64,000 nucleotides of DNA from an uncultured Candidatus Rokubacteria bacterium (GCA_963708025.1 CAVPSB010000013.1:608001-672000), one strand, 5' to 3'. Counted from the first letter of the stretch, positions 49,922-59,936 are shown. Program-made: numbers and translations. Notes: generated by a model from the letters alone, not told the origin.

Positions 49922-51433
49922 TCAGCCGGGCGCCGGTCCGACGGCCTGCCCGAACCGCCGGCCGAGGACCCGCCGCAGACCGGGCGAGGCCAGCATCGCG
50001 AGCGCCAGGACGAGCAGGGTGGCCGAGATCGGGCGCTCGAAGAAGACGAGCAAGTCGCCCCGCGAGGCGATGAGCGAGCGTCGCAGCGCGGCCTCGAGCT
50101 GGGGGCCGAGGATCATGGCCAGCACCAGCGGCGCCGGCTCGAAGTCCAGCCGGCGCACCAGGTAGCCGAGGCCCCCGAAGACCACGGTGGTCCCGAGGTC
50201 GAAGACGCTGTTGTTCACGCTGTAGGCGCCCACCAGGACGAACACTAGGATCAGGGGCGCCAGGATCCCGTACGGCACCTGCAGGAGCCTCACCCAGATC
50301 CAGATCAGCGGGAGGTTCAGGGCCAGGAGCACCACGTTGCCCAGGTACATGGAGGCGATGAGGCCCCAGAAGATGTCCGGGTGCTCGCTGACCAGCAGCG
50401 GGCCGGGCCGCACGCCGTGGATCAGGAGCGCGGCGAAGATCATGGCCATTGAGGCGTTGCCGGGGACCCCCAGGGTCAGGAGCGGGATGAACGAGCCGGT
50501 GGCCGCCCCGTTGTTGGCGGACTCCGGCCCCGCCACGCCTTCGACGGCGCCCTGGCCGAAGCGCTCGGGATAGCGACTCCACCGCTTCTCGACGGCGTAC
50601 GAGAGGAACGACGAGATGATGGCGCCGCCTCCCGGCAGCACGCCCACGAGGAACCCCAGCAGCGACCCCCGCGCGACAGCCGGCGCGGCCTGACGCCACT
50701 CCTCGCGGCTGGGCAGGAGGCTCCCGATCCGCGTCTTCAGGACGTTGACCTTGATCGCCTGCTCCGCGTTGGCCAGCACCTCGCCGATCCCGAAGAGGCC
50801 CATCGCCGCCAGGATGAACGGCAGCCCCTCGCCGAGCTGGAAGACCCCATAGGTGAACCGGGGGCTGCCCATGATCGGGTCCAGGCCCACGGTCCCGAGC
50901 AGGAGTCCGAGGGCGGCCATCATGAGGCCCTTGGTCATGGACGCGCCCGACAGGTAGCCGACCATCACCAGGCCGAGCACCAGGAGCGCCGCGTACTCCG
51001 GGGGACCGAACCGGAGCGCGAACGCGGCCAGCGGCGGCGCCAGGCACATGAGCCCGACCAGGCCCAGCGTCCCGGCGATGAAGGAGCCGAAGGCCGCGAC
51101 GGCCAGCGCCGCCCCGGCCCGGCCGCGCCGCGCCATCTGGTAGCCGTCGAGGCAGGTGACGACGGAGGCGGCCTCCCCCGGGATGTTCAGCAGGATGGAG
51201 GTCGTGGAGCCGCCATACATGGCGCCGTAGAAGATGCCGGCCAGCATGATGACCGCCGAGGTGGCCGGGATGCCGTAGGTGACCGGCAGCAGGAGCGCGA
51301 TGGTCGCCGGCGGCCCCAGGCCGGGCAAGACCCCGATGGCGGTCCCGATCAGCGAGCCGAGGACGCAGTAGAGCAGGTTCGCCGGCGTCAGCGCCACGGC
51401 GAAGCCGGCAGCGAGGTTGCTTAGGATCTCCAC
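49922..51433 (-). CDS. tctA: Tripartite tricarboxylate transporter large permease
   Basis: GVLPGLG, YGGSTTSILLNIPG, DGYQMA, PESANN. Confidence 0.93.
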   Translation of the reverse strand: MEILSNLAAGFAVALTPANLLYCVLGSLIGTAIGVLPGLGPPATIALLLPVTYGIPATSAVIMLAGIFYGAMYGGSTTSILLNIPGEAASVVTCLDGYQMARRGRAGAALAVAAFGSFIAGTLGLVGLMCLAPPLAAFALRFGPPEYAALLVLGLVMVGYLSGASMTKGLMMAALGLLLGTVGLDPIMGSPRFTYGVFQLGEGLPFILAAMGLFGIGEVLANAEQAIKVNVLKTRIGSLLPSREEWRQAAPAVARGSLLGFLVGVLPGGGAIISSFLSYAVEKRWSRYPERFGQGAVEGVAGPESANNGAATGSFIPLLTLGVPGNASMAMIFAALLIHGVRPGPLLVSEHPDIFWGLIASMYLGNVVLLALNLPLIWIWVRLLQVPYGILAPLILVFVLVGAYSVNNSVFDLGTTVVFGGLGYLVRRLDFEPAPLVLAMILGPQLEAALRRSLIASRGDLLVFFERPISATLLVLALAMLASPGLRRVLGRRFGQAVGPAPG

Positions 51434-51606
51434 TAGATTCCCTGAATCATCGAAATCATGGCAGTGCCATCACGTTCTTGAGGCGGGGCCGAGGAGCGAG
51501 CAGCGCTAGGACGCAGGGAGTCGCCCACCGCAGGCGTATGCCGCATACGCCGAGGATGGGCGACGACCGAGGACGACGCGATGCGACGCTCATCGGCGCC
51601 GCCCTC
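51434..51606. repeat. Long imperfect palindrome (REP/MITE-like) between tctB and tctA
   Basis: Nested arms GGCGTATGC/GCATACGCC, GTCGCCCA/TGGGCGAC, GAGGCGGGGCCGA/TCGGCGCCGCCCTC. Confidence 0.65.
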
Positions 51607-51608
51607 TC

Positions 51609-52052
51609 TCAGCGGAGCAGTGGTCCCGGCGGCAGGGGGACCTTCAGCCACAGCGCGAAGACGAGGTACGAGCCGGCCGCGGCGGTCACGGCCACGCCGA
51701 GGGCCACCGCCCAGCGGTGCGGCTCCACGACCCGCAGCATGAACAGCGCGAGCAGGAACGTCGAGAGGGGATACCCGAGCGGCTCCAGCACGAGGACGTA
51801 GGCCGCCAGGACGGCCAGGAGGGCCACCACCTTCAGCCCCCGCCCCCGCGCCGGCCCCGTCGCGGGGCGCGCCCGCAGGGCCTGGGCGAGGAGACCGAGG
51901 GCCAGGCCTCCCAGCGTCAGGCTCGTCCACCACGGGACGAACCCCGGGCCGGGATTCCGCGCCGTCCCGAACGGCAGCCGGCTGGCCTCTGACAGCGCGA
52001 TGGCGGCGAACGCGAGGCCGGCGATCGCCGCCACCGCGTCGGGCTTGCGCAC
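51609..52052 (-). CDS. tctB: Tripartite tricarboxylate transporter small permease
   Basis: PGPGFVP, EPLGY, FALWLKVPLP. Confidence 0.88.
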   Translation of the reverse strand: MRKPDAVAAIAGLAFAAIALSEASRLPFGTARNPGPGFVPWWTSLTLGGLALGLLAQALRARPATGPARGRGLKVVALLAVLAAYVLVLEPLGYPLSTFLLALFMLRVVEPHRWAVALGVAVTAAAGSYLVFALWLKVPLPPGPLLR

Positions 52053-52060
52053 CGGCCGCG

Positions 52061-53024
52061 CTACTTCGGGACGCCGGCGGCGACCTTGGCGAACTCCTCC
52101 GACTCCTGGCGCCAGGCCGTCTCGAACTCCTTGCCCCCGAGGAACTGGATGTCGTCGCCGAGCTGCTTCACGAGCGCCTGGAACGACTTGTCCTCGGTGA
52201 TCCGCTTGAACGCCGCCTCCAGCTTGTCCACGATCGGCTGGGGCGTCCCCTTCGGCGCCAGCACGGAGCGCCACATCGTGAAGGTCATGTTGACGCCTTC
52301 CTCACGGACCGTCGGGACGTTGGGCAGCGCCGCCAGCCGGCTCGAGTCGGTGACCGCCAGGGCCCGGAGCTTGCCGGCGCCGAGCTGGGGCATGAGCTGG
52401 GCCGCGAACGAGAAGGTCCCGTCGGCGTGTCCACCGAGGACTGCCAGCATGGAGGGGCCACCCCCGTCGAAGGGGATGTTGTTGTACTCGATCCCCCCGG
52501 CCCGCGCGATCAGCCGCATCGGGAAGTCCGCCGCGCCCCACGGCCCGGTGTTGGCGAAGCTGAGCTTCCCCGGGTTCTGCTTGGCGAACGCGATGACCTC
52601 GCGGAGGCTCTTCCAGGGCGCGTCCGCCCGGACCGCGAAGATCGTCGGGCTGTAGTTGATGCGGGCGACCGGCGTGAACTGGTCGGGGCCGGTGGGGGCC
52701 TTCTGGACCAGGGCGAAGATCGTGTTCGGCCCCGTCCCGCCCAGCAGCAGGGTGTGGCCGTCGGGCTTGGCCCGGCTCACGTACTGGGAGCCGACCGCGC
52801 CGCCGCCCCCCGGCTTGAGCACCACCACGAGCGGCTGCCCGAGGTAGGGCTGGGCGACGCTCACGATCGCCCGGGCCGTCAGGTCGTGTGACCCCCCGGG
52901 GCCGAACGGGATCACGAGCTCGATGGGCTTGCTCGGAAACTCCTGGGCCCGGGCCGCGAGCCCCGGGGCGAGGAGTCCGGCGAGCCACGGCCAGGACGAG
53001 CAGGGATCGCAGGGAGCTGCGCAT
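52061..53024 (-). CDS. tctC: Tripartite tricarboxylate transporter binding protein; frameshift in the signal region
   Basis: PSKPIELVIPFGPGGSHD, KPGGGGAVG, KPDGHTLL, PNVPT, APKGTP. Confidence 0.88.
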
Positions 53025-53167
53025 GATGGGCCTCCTCGGGTTGACTCGGCGCGCCATTCGGTCGTCGGGCGAGGGTCCGGGTGCCGGTACCGTACTATCG
53101 GCCCCCGGAAAACTCAACGGGGCGGGAGGAGAGAGCGGAGGGAGGCTCCGACTGCGTCCCTTCCTTC

Positions 53168-53198
53168 CCTGCCCTCTCCCCGGTGGGGAGAGGGCAGG
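53168..53198. repeat. 14-bp perfect hairpin of the CCCTCTCCC/GGGAGAGGG REP type; may act as terminator
   Basis: CCTGCCCTCTCCCC-GGT-GGGGAGAGGGCAGG downstream of the haloperoxidase-like gene. Confidence 0.6.
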
Positions 53199-53224
53199 AG
53201 GAATCGGGGTCAGATGGCGAAGGC

Positions 53225-54613
53225 TTAGAGCGGGCACTGGCCGAAGTGGGTCGGCCCGTGCTTGAGCAGCAGCTTGTTGGCCAGGACCTCGTCGGCGACG
53301 GCGCGCCCGGCCGCCAGCCCGGCTTGGTTTCCGCTGAGATTGAAGTGGATCCCGCCGACCACCCGCGAGATCCCGGCCTCTTCCGCGGCCGCCGAGAAGC
53401 TGGGATACGTCCGCTGGGCAAAGGGCACACCTGAGGCTGGGATCGAAGCCAGTTTGACCTCGACCGCGTCATTGCAGAAGACGCCGGCCAAGGACCCGGG
53501 CGGCAGCGGCGCTGAAGGAGCTGTGACCGGACCAGTGCTCCGGCGAGGTGCCGATGCCAGCAGGGAGTGCGCGTCCAGCCCAATCCGGGTCAGCAATGGT
53601 GTTGTCATTGCCGTCGGTGTCGGCCTCCCGGATGGCAGTGAACGGCCGCCAGAAGCGTAAGTGAACTTCGTCTGGTAGGTCGGGGCCACGGTGTCGGCCA
53701 TGGCCATGCTCACCAGCGCGAACAGCCGCGCGGTGTCCGCCAGGTGGAGGTCCGCCTCCGTCGGACACCGCGGTCGTGACCTGGAGCCACGCCCCCGGCC
53801 GGCTGGTTCGTGTCTCCGCCCAGGCCCAGAAATTGAACGTCGCGAGCTTGGCCGCGTCGGGGATGGCGGCGTTGCCCAGCAGCTTCTCCTCGGCGAACGT
53901 AGCGGCGTAGTCGAGGCTCGCGAGCGGCGGCGGCCCCGAGCTGACGTAGGCGACTCGGTTGAATACTCCACTATCCGGGCGAGGTTCAGACGAGCGGATT
54001 CGCGATGGCGAAGGGCGCCAGGTAGCGGGGCTGAACACCCGACCGGCTCGTCCGGAAGATCCCCGTCGGGTCTGGCCGACGAGCCAGCCGGCTGCGTCTC
54101 GCGCGCCGCTGATCCCGTCATCCACGCGCGCCATGAGCACCTCGAGCCCGACGTGCTCACCCCAGTCTTCCCGGCCGTGACCCGCGGCCCGGAGCCGAGC
54201 GCCAGGTCGGGGCGAGCTGGGCTCGTCGTCGAACTCAGGACGAGGTTCGGCTGGGGTCGGGAGGGAACAGGCCGCACAGGACGGTGTGGGCCGCCGCGGC
54301 GGCCGCCGCGACCGGATGACCGAGCGCCGGGGCCCCGGTCGGCGGCACCAGCGCGTGCTGGCGGTCGATCAGGGTGAGCTTCGAGCACGATGCCGTTGAC
54401 CGCGTCGTACATGGCCACGTTGACCATGGCGTACGTCCGGGCGGCCTTCGCGTCGCTCAGGTTCTTGGTACGAGCCGTCCGAACGCGCACCTGATTCCAG
54501 GTGCGGATGACGTCGCCCGACTGGAAGAAGGTGGCCGCCCCGTCGGGGACGCCGACGGCCAGCGTCAGCAGCAGCGCGGTGAGAGTAAAGAGCCATCTCG
54601 CCGTACGGTTCAC
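53225..54613 (-). pseudogene. Secreted vanadium-dependent haloperoxidase/PAP2-like gene with multiple frameshifts
   Basis: Signal peptide; AMVNVAMYDAVNGI, ARLFALVSMAMAD, KFTY/RFWRP, SPEHWSGHS, AAEEAGISRVVGGIHF across several frames. Confidence 0.8.
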
Positions 54614-54899
54614 GAACGCCCTCCCTTTCTGAAGCCTTCGGGTTGAACCTCGAACCCGACCGCACTCTTCGCGTGTCGTTTTTCGGGAGTGCATTTCTCA
54701 TTCCTGAGATGCCGGCGACGTCTCGGGCCGTCTCAGTGTTTACACTGACGCCGCCAAAGCCCCCGGGACCGCACGGCTTTTGTCCGTACGAGAACTCCAC
54801 GGCGTCCGGGCGACGACACTCGACTTCCGCGGCCCGGGCGTTTGATCGCTGCCGAATTTTGTTGTACAACCGGGACAACCTGGCACAAGGAGGGGACCC

Positions 54900-56015
54900 A
54901 TGCCATCGGGACGAACGGCCGCGCAGATCGGGTTGGCCATCGTGGGGGGAGGCCGGATCGGCCTCATCCGGGGGGAGATCGCGGCCCGGCATCCGAGCGT
55001 CGGGTGGATCGGCCTCGCCGAATCCCGGGCCGACCGGGCCAAGGAGGTCGCCGAGCGGATCGGCGCCGATTTCGTGACGACCGACCACCGCGAGCTGCTG
55101 GCGCGGCCCGAGGTGACGGCGGCCGTCATCGCCACCGACGAGCACCTCCACGTCGATCCCGTCCTCGCCGCGGCGGAGCGAGGGCTGCCCCTCCTCATCG
55201 AGAAGCCGCTCGCCACCACCCTCCGGGAGTCGGCCCGCGTGCTGGAGGCGATCCGGGCCTCCGGCGTCGACGCCGTCGTGGGCTACACCCAGCGGTTCCG
55301 CCGCCGCTTCCTGGCCGCCAAGGAGAAGCTGCGGACCGGCCAGCTCGGCGACGTGACCCTGGTCACCTCGCGGGCCTTCATGAACCGGCTGGTGGCGCTC
55401 GACAACTACCGGCGGACCGACCGGCCCGAGACGATCTCGCCCATGGTCATCTCGGGCACGCACGCGCTCGACCTGGTGATGTGGCTCCTCGACGGCAAGA
55501 CCCCGGCCGAGGTCTACGCCCGCTCCGTGGACCGCGTGCTCGGGCCGTCGGTGCGGGGCATCGACGCCACCGCCGGCCTGATCACCATGACCGACGGGAC
55601 CCTCTATCACCTCAACATCTCCTGGGCGCTGCCCACCGTGTGGCCGGGCTCGGTGTACAGCCTGGAGATCGGGATCGTCGGGACGGACGGGGTCCTCACG
55701 ATCGACGACACCCACCGCGACGTGATTCTGGCCACCACCCGACCCCAGGCCGCAGGATACACCCCGGAGTCCACTCGCCACGTTGACTTCCTCACCAGCT
55801 ACCCGCCCGGCAACGTGGCGCTGGGCGAGCTGTGGGGGCCGATGCGGGAGGAGACCCAGGCCTGGCTCGGGCGCGTGGCCCTGGGCCACGCGACGCCGCA
55901 CGCGACGGCCGCCGAGGCCCACGACCGCCTGATGCTGACCAAGGCAATGGACCTCTCGGCCCGGCTGAGGCGCCCGATCCCGCTCCCGATCACGCCCGAC
56001 GACGAGACGCGCTGA
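54900..56015 (+). CDS. Gfo/Idh/MocA family oxidoreductase
   Basis: LAIVGGGRIG, LIEKPLA, VGYTQRF, GTHALDL. Confidence 0.92.
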   Translation: MPSGRTAAQIGLAIVGGGRIGLIRGEIAARHPSVGWIGLAESRADRAKEVAERIGADFVTTDHRELLARPEVTAAVIATDEHLHVDPVLAAAERGLPLLIEKPLATTLRESARVLEAIRASGVDAVVGYTQRFRRRFLAAKEKLRTGQLGDVTLVTSRAFMNRLVALDNYRRTDRPETISPMVISGTHALDLVMWLLDGKTPAEVYARSVDRVLGPSVRGIDATAGLITMTDGTLYHLNISWALPTVWPGSVYSLEIGIVGTDGVLTIDDTHRDVILATTRPQAAGYTPESTRHVDFLTSYPPGNVALGELWGPMREETQAWLGRVALGHATPHATAAEAHDRLMLTKAMDLSARLRRPIPLPITPDDETR

Positions 56016-56038
56016 GCGGCTGCGCGGGGAGGGCCGCC

Positions 56039-56548
56039 ATGACGAGCGATCCTACGCGGCGCGGCCTGGACCCCACGATCACCAAGCGCGAGGTCGTCTT
56101 CACCGTGACCGTGGAGGGGGTGACCCCGTTCCTGAAGGTCGCCACCGCCTGCCGCAACGGCGAGGACTCTTACACCTTCGTGTCCGACGAGGGCCCCCTC
56201 CTCGGGGGCCTCGGGTCGGCGCCGCCGCCCCTGGCCTACTTCAGCGCCGCCATCGCCTTCTGACTCATGACCCAGGTGTCCCGGTACGGGCACATGCTGA
56301 AGATGCGGGTGGACCGGATGCGCATGCACGTCACCGCCCGGTACCGGGTCGACGGCTCGGTGCTGAACGACACCATCCAGGCCCGGATGGTCGGCGTCGA
56401 GACCCGGCTCGAGCTCGACTCCCCGGAGCCGGTTGACCGGGTCGCCCGCCTCGTCCGTAACGCCGAGCGGGGCTGCTTCGTCATGCAGGGGCTCCTCGAG
56501 CCGGTCCCGATCGCGGGCACCACGCTCCTGAACGGCCAGCCGCTGTGA
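56039..56548 (+). CDS. OsmC-like protein with in-frame UGA (probable selenocysteine at codon 75)
   Basis: SDEGPLLGGLGSAPPPLAYFSAAIAF-TGA-LMTQV...NAERGCFV; frame continues across TGA 56261-56263; GGAGG RBS before ATG 56039. Confidence 0.85.
56273..56299 (+). promoter_or_regulatory. Candidate bacterial SECIS hairpin
   Basis: CAG-GTG(T)CCC-GGTAC-GGGCAC-ATG-CTG; upper stem starts 12 nt after UGA, bulged U, G-containing loop. Confidence 0.7.
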
Positions 56549-56992
56549 ACGCCCGGCTGCGGGCCCTTCTCCTCGCGACACTGGCCCTGAGCCTCCTCCC
56601 CGTGCCGATCGCCGGCGCGCAGCCGGCGAAGGTGCCCCGCGTCGGGCTCCTGGGGGTCGGTTCGGCCGAGGCGTCGCCGCTCTTCGAGGCCTTCCGGCAG
56701 AACCTCCGCGAGCTGGGCTACGTCGAAGGTCAGAGCATCGCCTTCGACGATCGCACCAAGGTCGAGCAGTACAGCCGCCTTGCCGACGTCGCCGCCGAGC
56801 TGGTCCGGCTCAAGGTTGACCTGATCATGGCGTACGGGACGACCGCGACCCACGCGACCAGGAAGGCGACGCGGACGATTCCGATCGTCATGGTCGACGG
56901 GGCCGACCCGGTCTCAACCTCAAGACCGCCAAGGCGCTCGGGCTGACGGTCCCGCCGTCGCTGCAGTTCCGCGCGGACCAGCTCATCGAGTG
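56545..56992 (+). pseudogene. ABC_sub_bind protein with large internal deletion
   Basis: N-terminus to TIPIVMVDGADPV joined out of frame (~56912) to [26 protein letters not shown]. Confidence 0.8.
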
Positions 56993-57009
56993 AGACAGGA
57001 GGCTCGACC

Positions 57010-58050
57010 GTGGCCATGCGACGCATCGGGGTGGGAGTGATCGGCACCGGGTGGATCGGCGAGATCCGCGCCCGGGTCTGCGCGGAGCACCCGCTGGTGG
57101 AGAGCCTGCACCTGGCCGAGATCGACCCGGCCCGGCTCGAGCGGGTCGCGCGGGCCACCGGCGCCCGGTCGGCGACGCAGGACTACCACGAGCTCCTCGC
57201 CCGGAAGGACGTGGACGCGGTCTTCGTCTCCACCACCCCCGAGACGACCCACTACCCCATCACCCGCGACTGCCTGCTGGCGCGGAAGCACACCTTCCTC
57301 GAGAAGCCGATGGGGCTCGAGCTGAAGGAAGCCGACGAGATGATGGCCCTGGCCCGCGAGGGCGACGTGAAGCTCACGATCGGCTACACCCAGCGCTTCA
57401 ACCCCAAGTACGCCTACGTGAAGCAGTGCGTCGCCGACGGCACCCTCGGCCGGCCGGTCACCGCGCTGGTCAGCCGCAACGTCTCCCGCAGCATCGGGAA
57501 CAAGATCGGCGGGCGCATCCGGCTGTCGCCGGCGGTCATGGAGGCGACGCACGACCTCGACTTCATCCTGTGGTGCCTGGAGGGGCTCCGGCCGACCCGC
57601 GTCTACGCCCAGTCCGTGTACCGGATCATGGAGCAGGCCCACGGCGTGCCCGACTGCACGTGGATCGTGGTCACCATGGAGGACGGCACCGTCTTCACCA
57701 TCGGCGCCGGCTGGGCGCTGCCCCCCGGCTATCCCCACTTCTCGTCGGCGACGATCGAGTTCGTCGCCACCGAGGGCGCGCTCCTCATCGACGACAGCCA
57801 CCGCGACATCGTGCTGAACACGATGCAGAAGGGCATGGTGCTCCCCCTGTCCACGATGCCCGGGGAGCAGGTGGCCCACGTCTACCAGGGCCCGATGCAG
57901 GCCGAGACGATCCACTTCCTGGAGGTGGTGGCCCTGGGCCGCCCCGTCCTGGTGACGCCCGAGCAGGCCCGGCAGGTCATGGAGGTGACGCTGGCCGCCG
58001 ACCTCTCGGCCGAGCGGAACCAGCCGATCCCCCTGCCCCTCCCGGCCTGA
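57010..58050 (+). CDS. Gfo/Idh/MocA family oxidoreductase, paralog of 54900-56015
   Basis: VGVIGTGWIG, FLEKPM, IGYTQRF, ATHDLD, IDDSHRDIVL. Confidence 0.92.
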   Translation: MAMRRIGVGVIGTGWIGEIRARVCAEHPLVESLHLAEIDPARLERVARATGARSATQDYHELLARKDVDAVFVSTTPETTHYPITRDCLLARKHTFLEKPMGLELKEADEMMALAREGDVKLTIGYTQRFNPKYAYVKQCVADGTLGRPVTALVSRNVSRSIGNKIGGRIRLSPAVMEATHDLDFILWCLEGLRPTRVYAQSVYRIMEQAHGVPDCTWIVVTMEDGTVFTIGAGWALPPGYPHFSSATIEFVATEGALLIDDSHRDIVLNTMQKGMVLPLSTMPGEQVAHVYQGPMQAETIHFLEVVALGRPVLVTPEQARQVMEVTLAADLSAERNQPIPLPLPA

Positions 58051-58268
58051 GACCCTCGGGGAGTCTCGGAAGACCCCGATGCCCCCCACGAGCCGGACCG
58101 TAGCGCAGTGCGTTCCCGAGCGGCAAGATCGCCGCGACCGCCGGGCGCCCGGCCGGCCTTGCCGCCGGCGAGCCCTTTGGCCTACCATCCTGCCCGACCG
58201 CCGATGAGCACCTGGCCCTGACGCGGAGTCGAGACCCGGTGAGACCCCAATAGACCAAGGAGGCTGAC

Positions 58269-59133
58269 ATGAAGCTCGTCCGCTATGGCCGGCCCGGTCG
58301 TGAGCAGCCCGGTCTCCTCGACGCCGACGGCCGGATCCGCGATCTCAGCCGGGCGATCGAGGACGTCACGCCGGACGCCCTCACGCCGGCCGCCGTCAAG
58401 CGCCTGCGCGCGGCTGAACCCGGCCAGGCTGCCCGTCGTCCGCGGCCGTCCCCGCCTGGGGTGCCCGGTGGCTCGCATCGGCAAGCTGGTGTGCATCGGG
58501 CTGAACTACACGGATCACGCCCGGGAGGTCAACCTCCCGCTGCCGGCGGAGCCGCTCTTCTTCATCAAGGCGCCGAGCGCCGTCTGCGGCCCTGACGACC
58601 CCATCGTCGCCCCCCGCGGCGCGACCAAGCTCGACTACGAGGTGGAGCTGGGGGTGGTCATCGGCCGCGACGCCCGCTATCTCGACGAGAAGGAGGCGAT
58701 GAGCCACGTCGCCGGGTACTGCGTCGTCAACGACGTCTCGGAGCGCGCGTTCCAGATGGAGCGGGGCGGCACGACGACCAAGGGGAAGAGCGCCGACAGC
58801 TTCGGGCCGGTCGGCCCGTGGCTGGTGACCGCGGACGAGGTCCGCGATCCCCAGGCCCTCCGCCTCTGGACGACCGTGAACGGCGAGACGCGGCAGGACG
58901 GCAACACGGCGAACATGCTCTTCACGGTCCCCTTCCTCGTCGCGTACGTGACGCAGTTCATGTCGCTCCGGGCCGGCGACGTCATCTCCACCGGCACGCC
59001 GGCCGGTGTGGGCCACGGGCACAAGCCGCCGCGCTACCTCCAGCGAGGCGACGTCGTGGAGCTGGGCATCACCGGGCTCGGCGCCCAGCGCCACGAGGTG
59101 GTCGCCGGGGAAGCGGGGCCGAAGCGGCGCTAG
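58269..59133 (+). CDS. Fumarylacetoacetate hydrolase family protein; frameshift near 58415
   Basis: MKLVRYGRPGREQPG then CIGLNYTDH, DYEVELG, NDVSER, GDVISTGTPAGVG in the next frame. Confidence 0.9.
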
Positions 59134-59394
59134 CTCATGGATGGCGATCCCGGCGCGAGCCTGGCCCTCGCCCGGGGCGCCACCCGGGGGGATTCTCGTC
59201 CTGGCACCGTGATGGTACTCTGCGACGAAGCCCTGACCCCCGCGGAGGCCTGCCGGCTCCGCCGGGGCCCCGGGAAGAGGGCGGTCCCGGGATCCGTGCC
59301 GATGGACAGCACAGGGACACCTGGCTCACGGGAGGCCTGGCACCGCCCCGCCGCCGACCGCGAGCCGCATTCCCACAGCCAAGGAGGAGCCATC

Positions 59395-59883
59395 ATGACG
59401 CTGCGGTCCACCCTGACGGTCTCGTGTGCCCTGTTGCTCGGACTCACCGCATCGGGCGCCCTGGCGCAGATGCCCAACCCCTATGGCGCCCCGATCGGCC
59501 TGGAGAGCGCGAAGAAGGCCGCCGCCGGCGCGGTCGCGGAAGCCCGCAAGAACAACTGGACCATGGCGGTGGCCATCACCGACGGCGGCGGCGACCTGAT
59601 CTACTTGGAGAAGATGGACGGCACCCAGACCGGCAGCATCAGCGTGGCGATCGGCAAGGCCCGCTCGGCGGCCATGTTCAAGCGACCGAGCAAGGTCTTC
59701 CAGGACGCGGTGGCCGGGGGCGGCGCCGGGCTCCGCATCCTCGGCCTGGAAGGCGCGGTGCCGGTCGAGGGCGGCCTCCCGCTGGTCATGGACGGCAAGA
59801 TCGTCGGCGCCATCGGCCTGTCGGGCGGCACCAGCGATCAGGACGGGGTGGCCGCCAAGGCCGGTGCCGACGCCGTCAAGTAG
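59395..59883 (+). CDS. GlcG/HbpS-like heme-binding protein with signal peptide
   Basis: AVAITDGGG, AIGKARSA, GGLPL, IVGAIGLSGG, QD. Confidence 0.88.
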   Translation: MTLRSTLTVSCALLLGLTASGALAQMPNPYGAPIGLESAKKAAAGAVAEARKNNWTMAVAITDGGGDLIYLEKMDGTQTGSISVAIGKARSAAMFKRPSKVFQDAVAGGGAGLRILGLEGAVPVEGGLPLVMDGKIVGAIGLSGGTSDQDGVAAKAGADAVK

Positions 59884-59906
59884 GCCAGGCCGACTGCGGG
59901 GAACGA

Positions 59907-59936
59907 CCTCGAGTGCCGTGAGAGCGGCACTCGAGG
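59907..59936 (+). terminator. 12-bp hairpin after the GlcG-like gene
   Basis: CCTCGAGTGCCG-TGAGAG-CGGCACTCGAGG; no U tract. Confidence 0.45.

Noticed and set aside
56267-56548. Independent 93-aa gene starting at ATG 56267
   Set aside because: No RBS; it is the C-terminal half of the OsmC fold, in frame with the upstream half
58051-58260. GGGGAGTCTCGGAAGACCCC hairpin region as a mobile element
   Set aside because: Short imperfect hairpin; only a partial echo near 60715; ends cannot be defined
59140-59390. N-terminal extension of the GlcG-like ORF, or a structured leader
   Set aside because: Strong AAGGAGG and signal peptide place the start at 59395; upstream hairpins are unremarkable for this GC content
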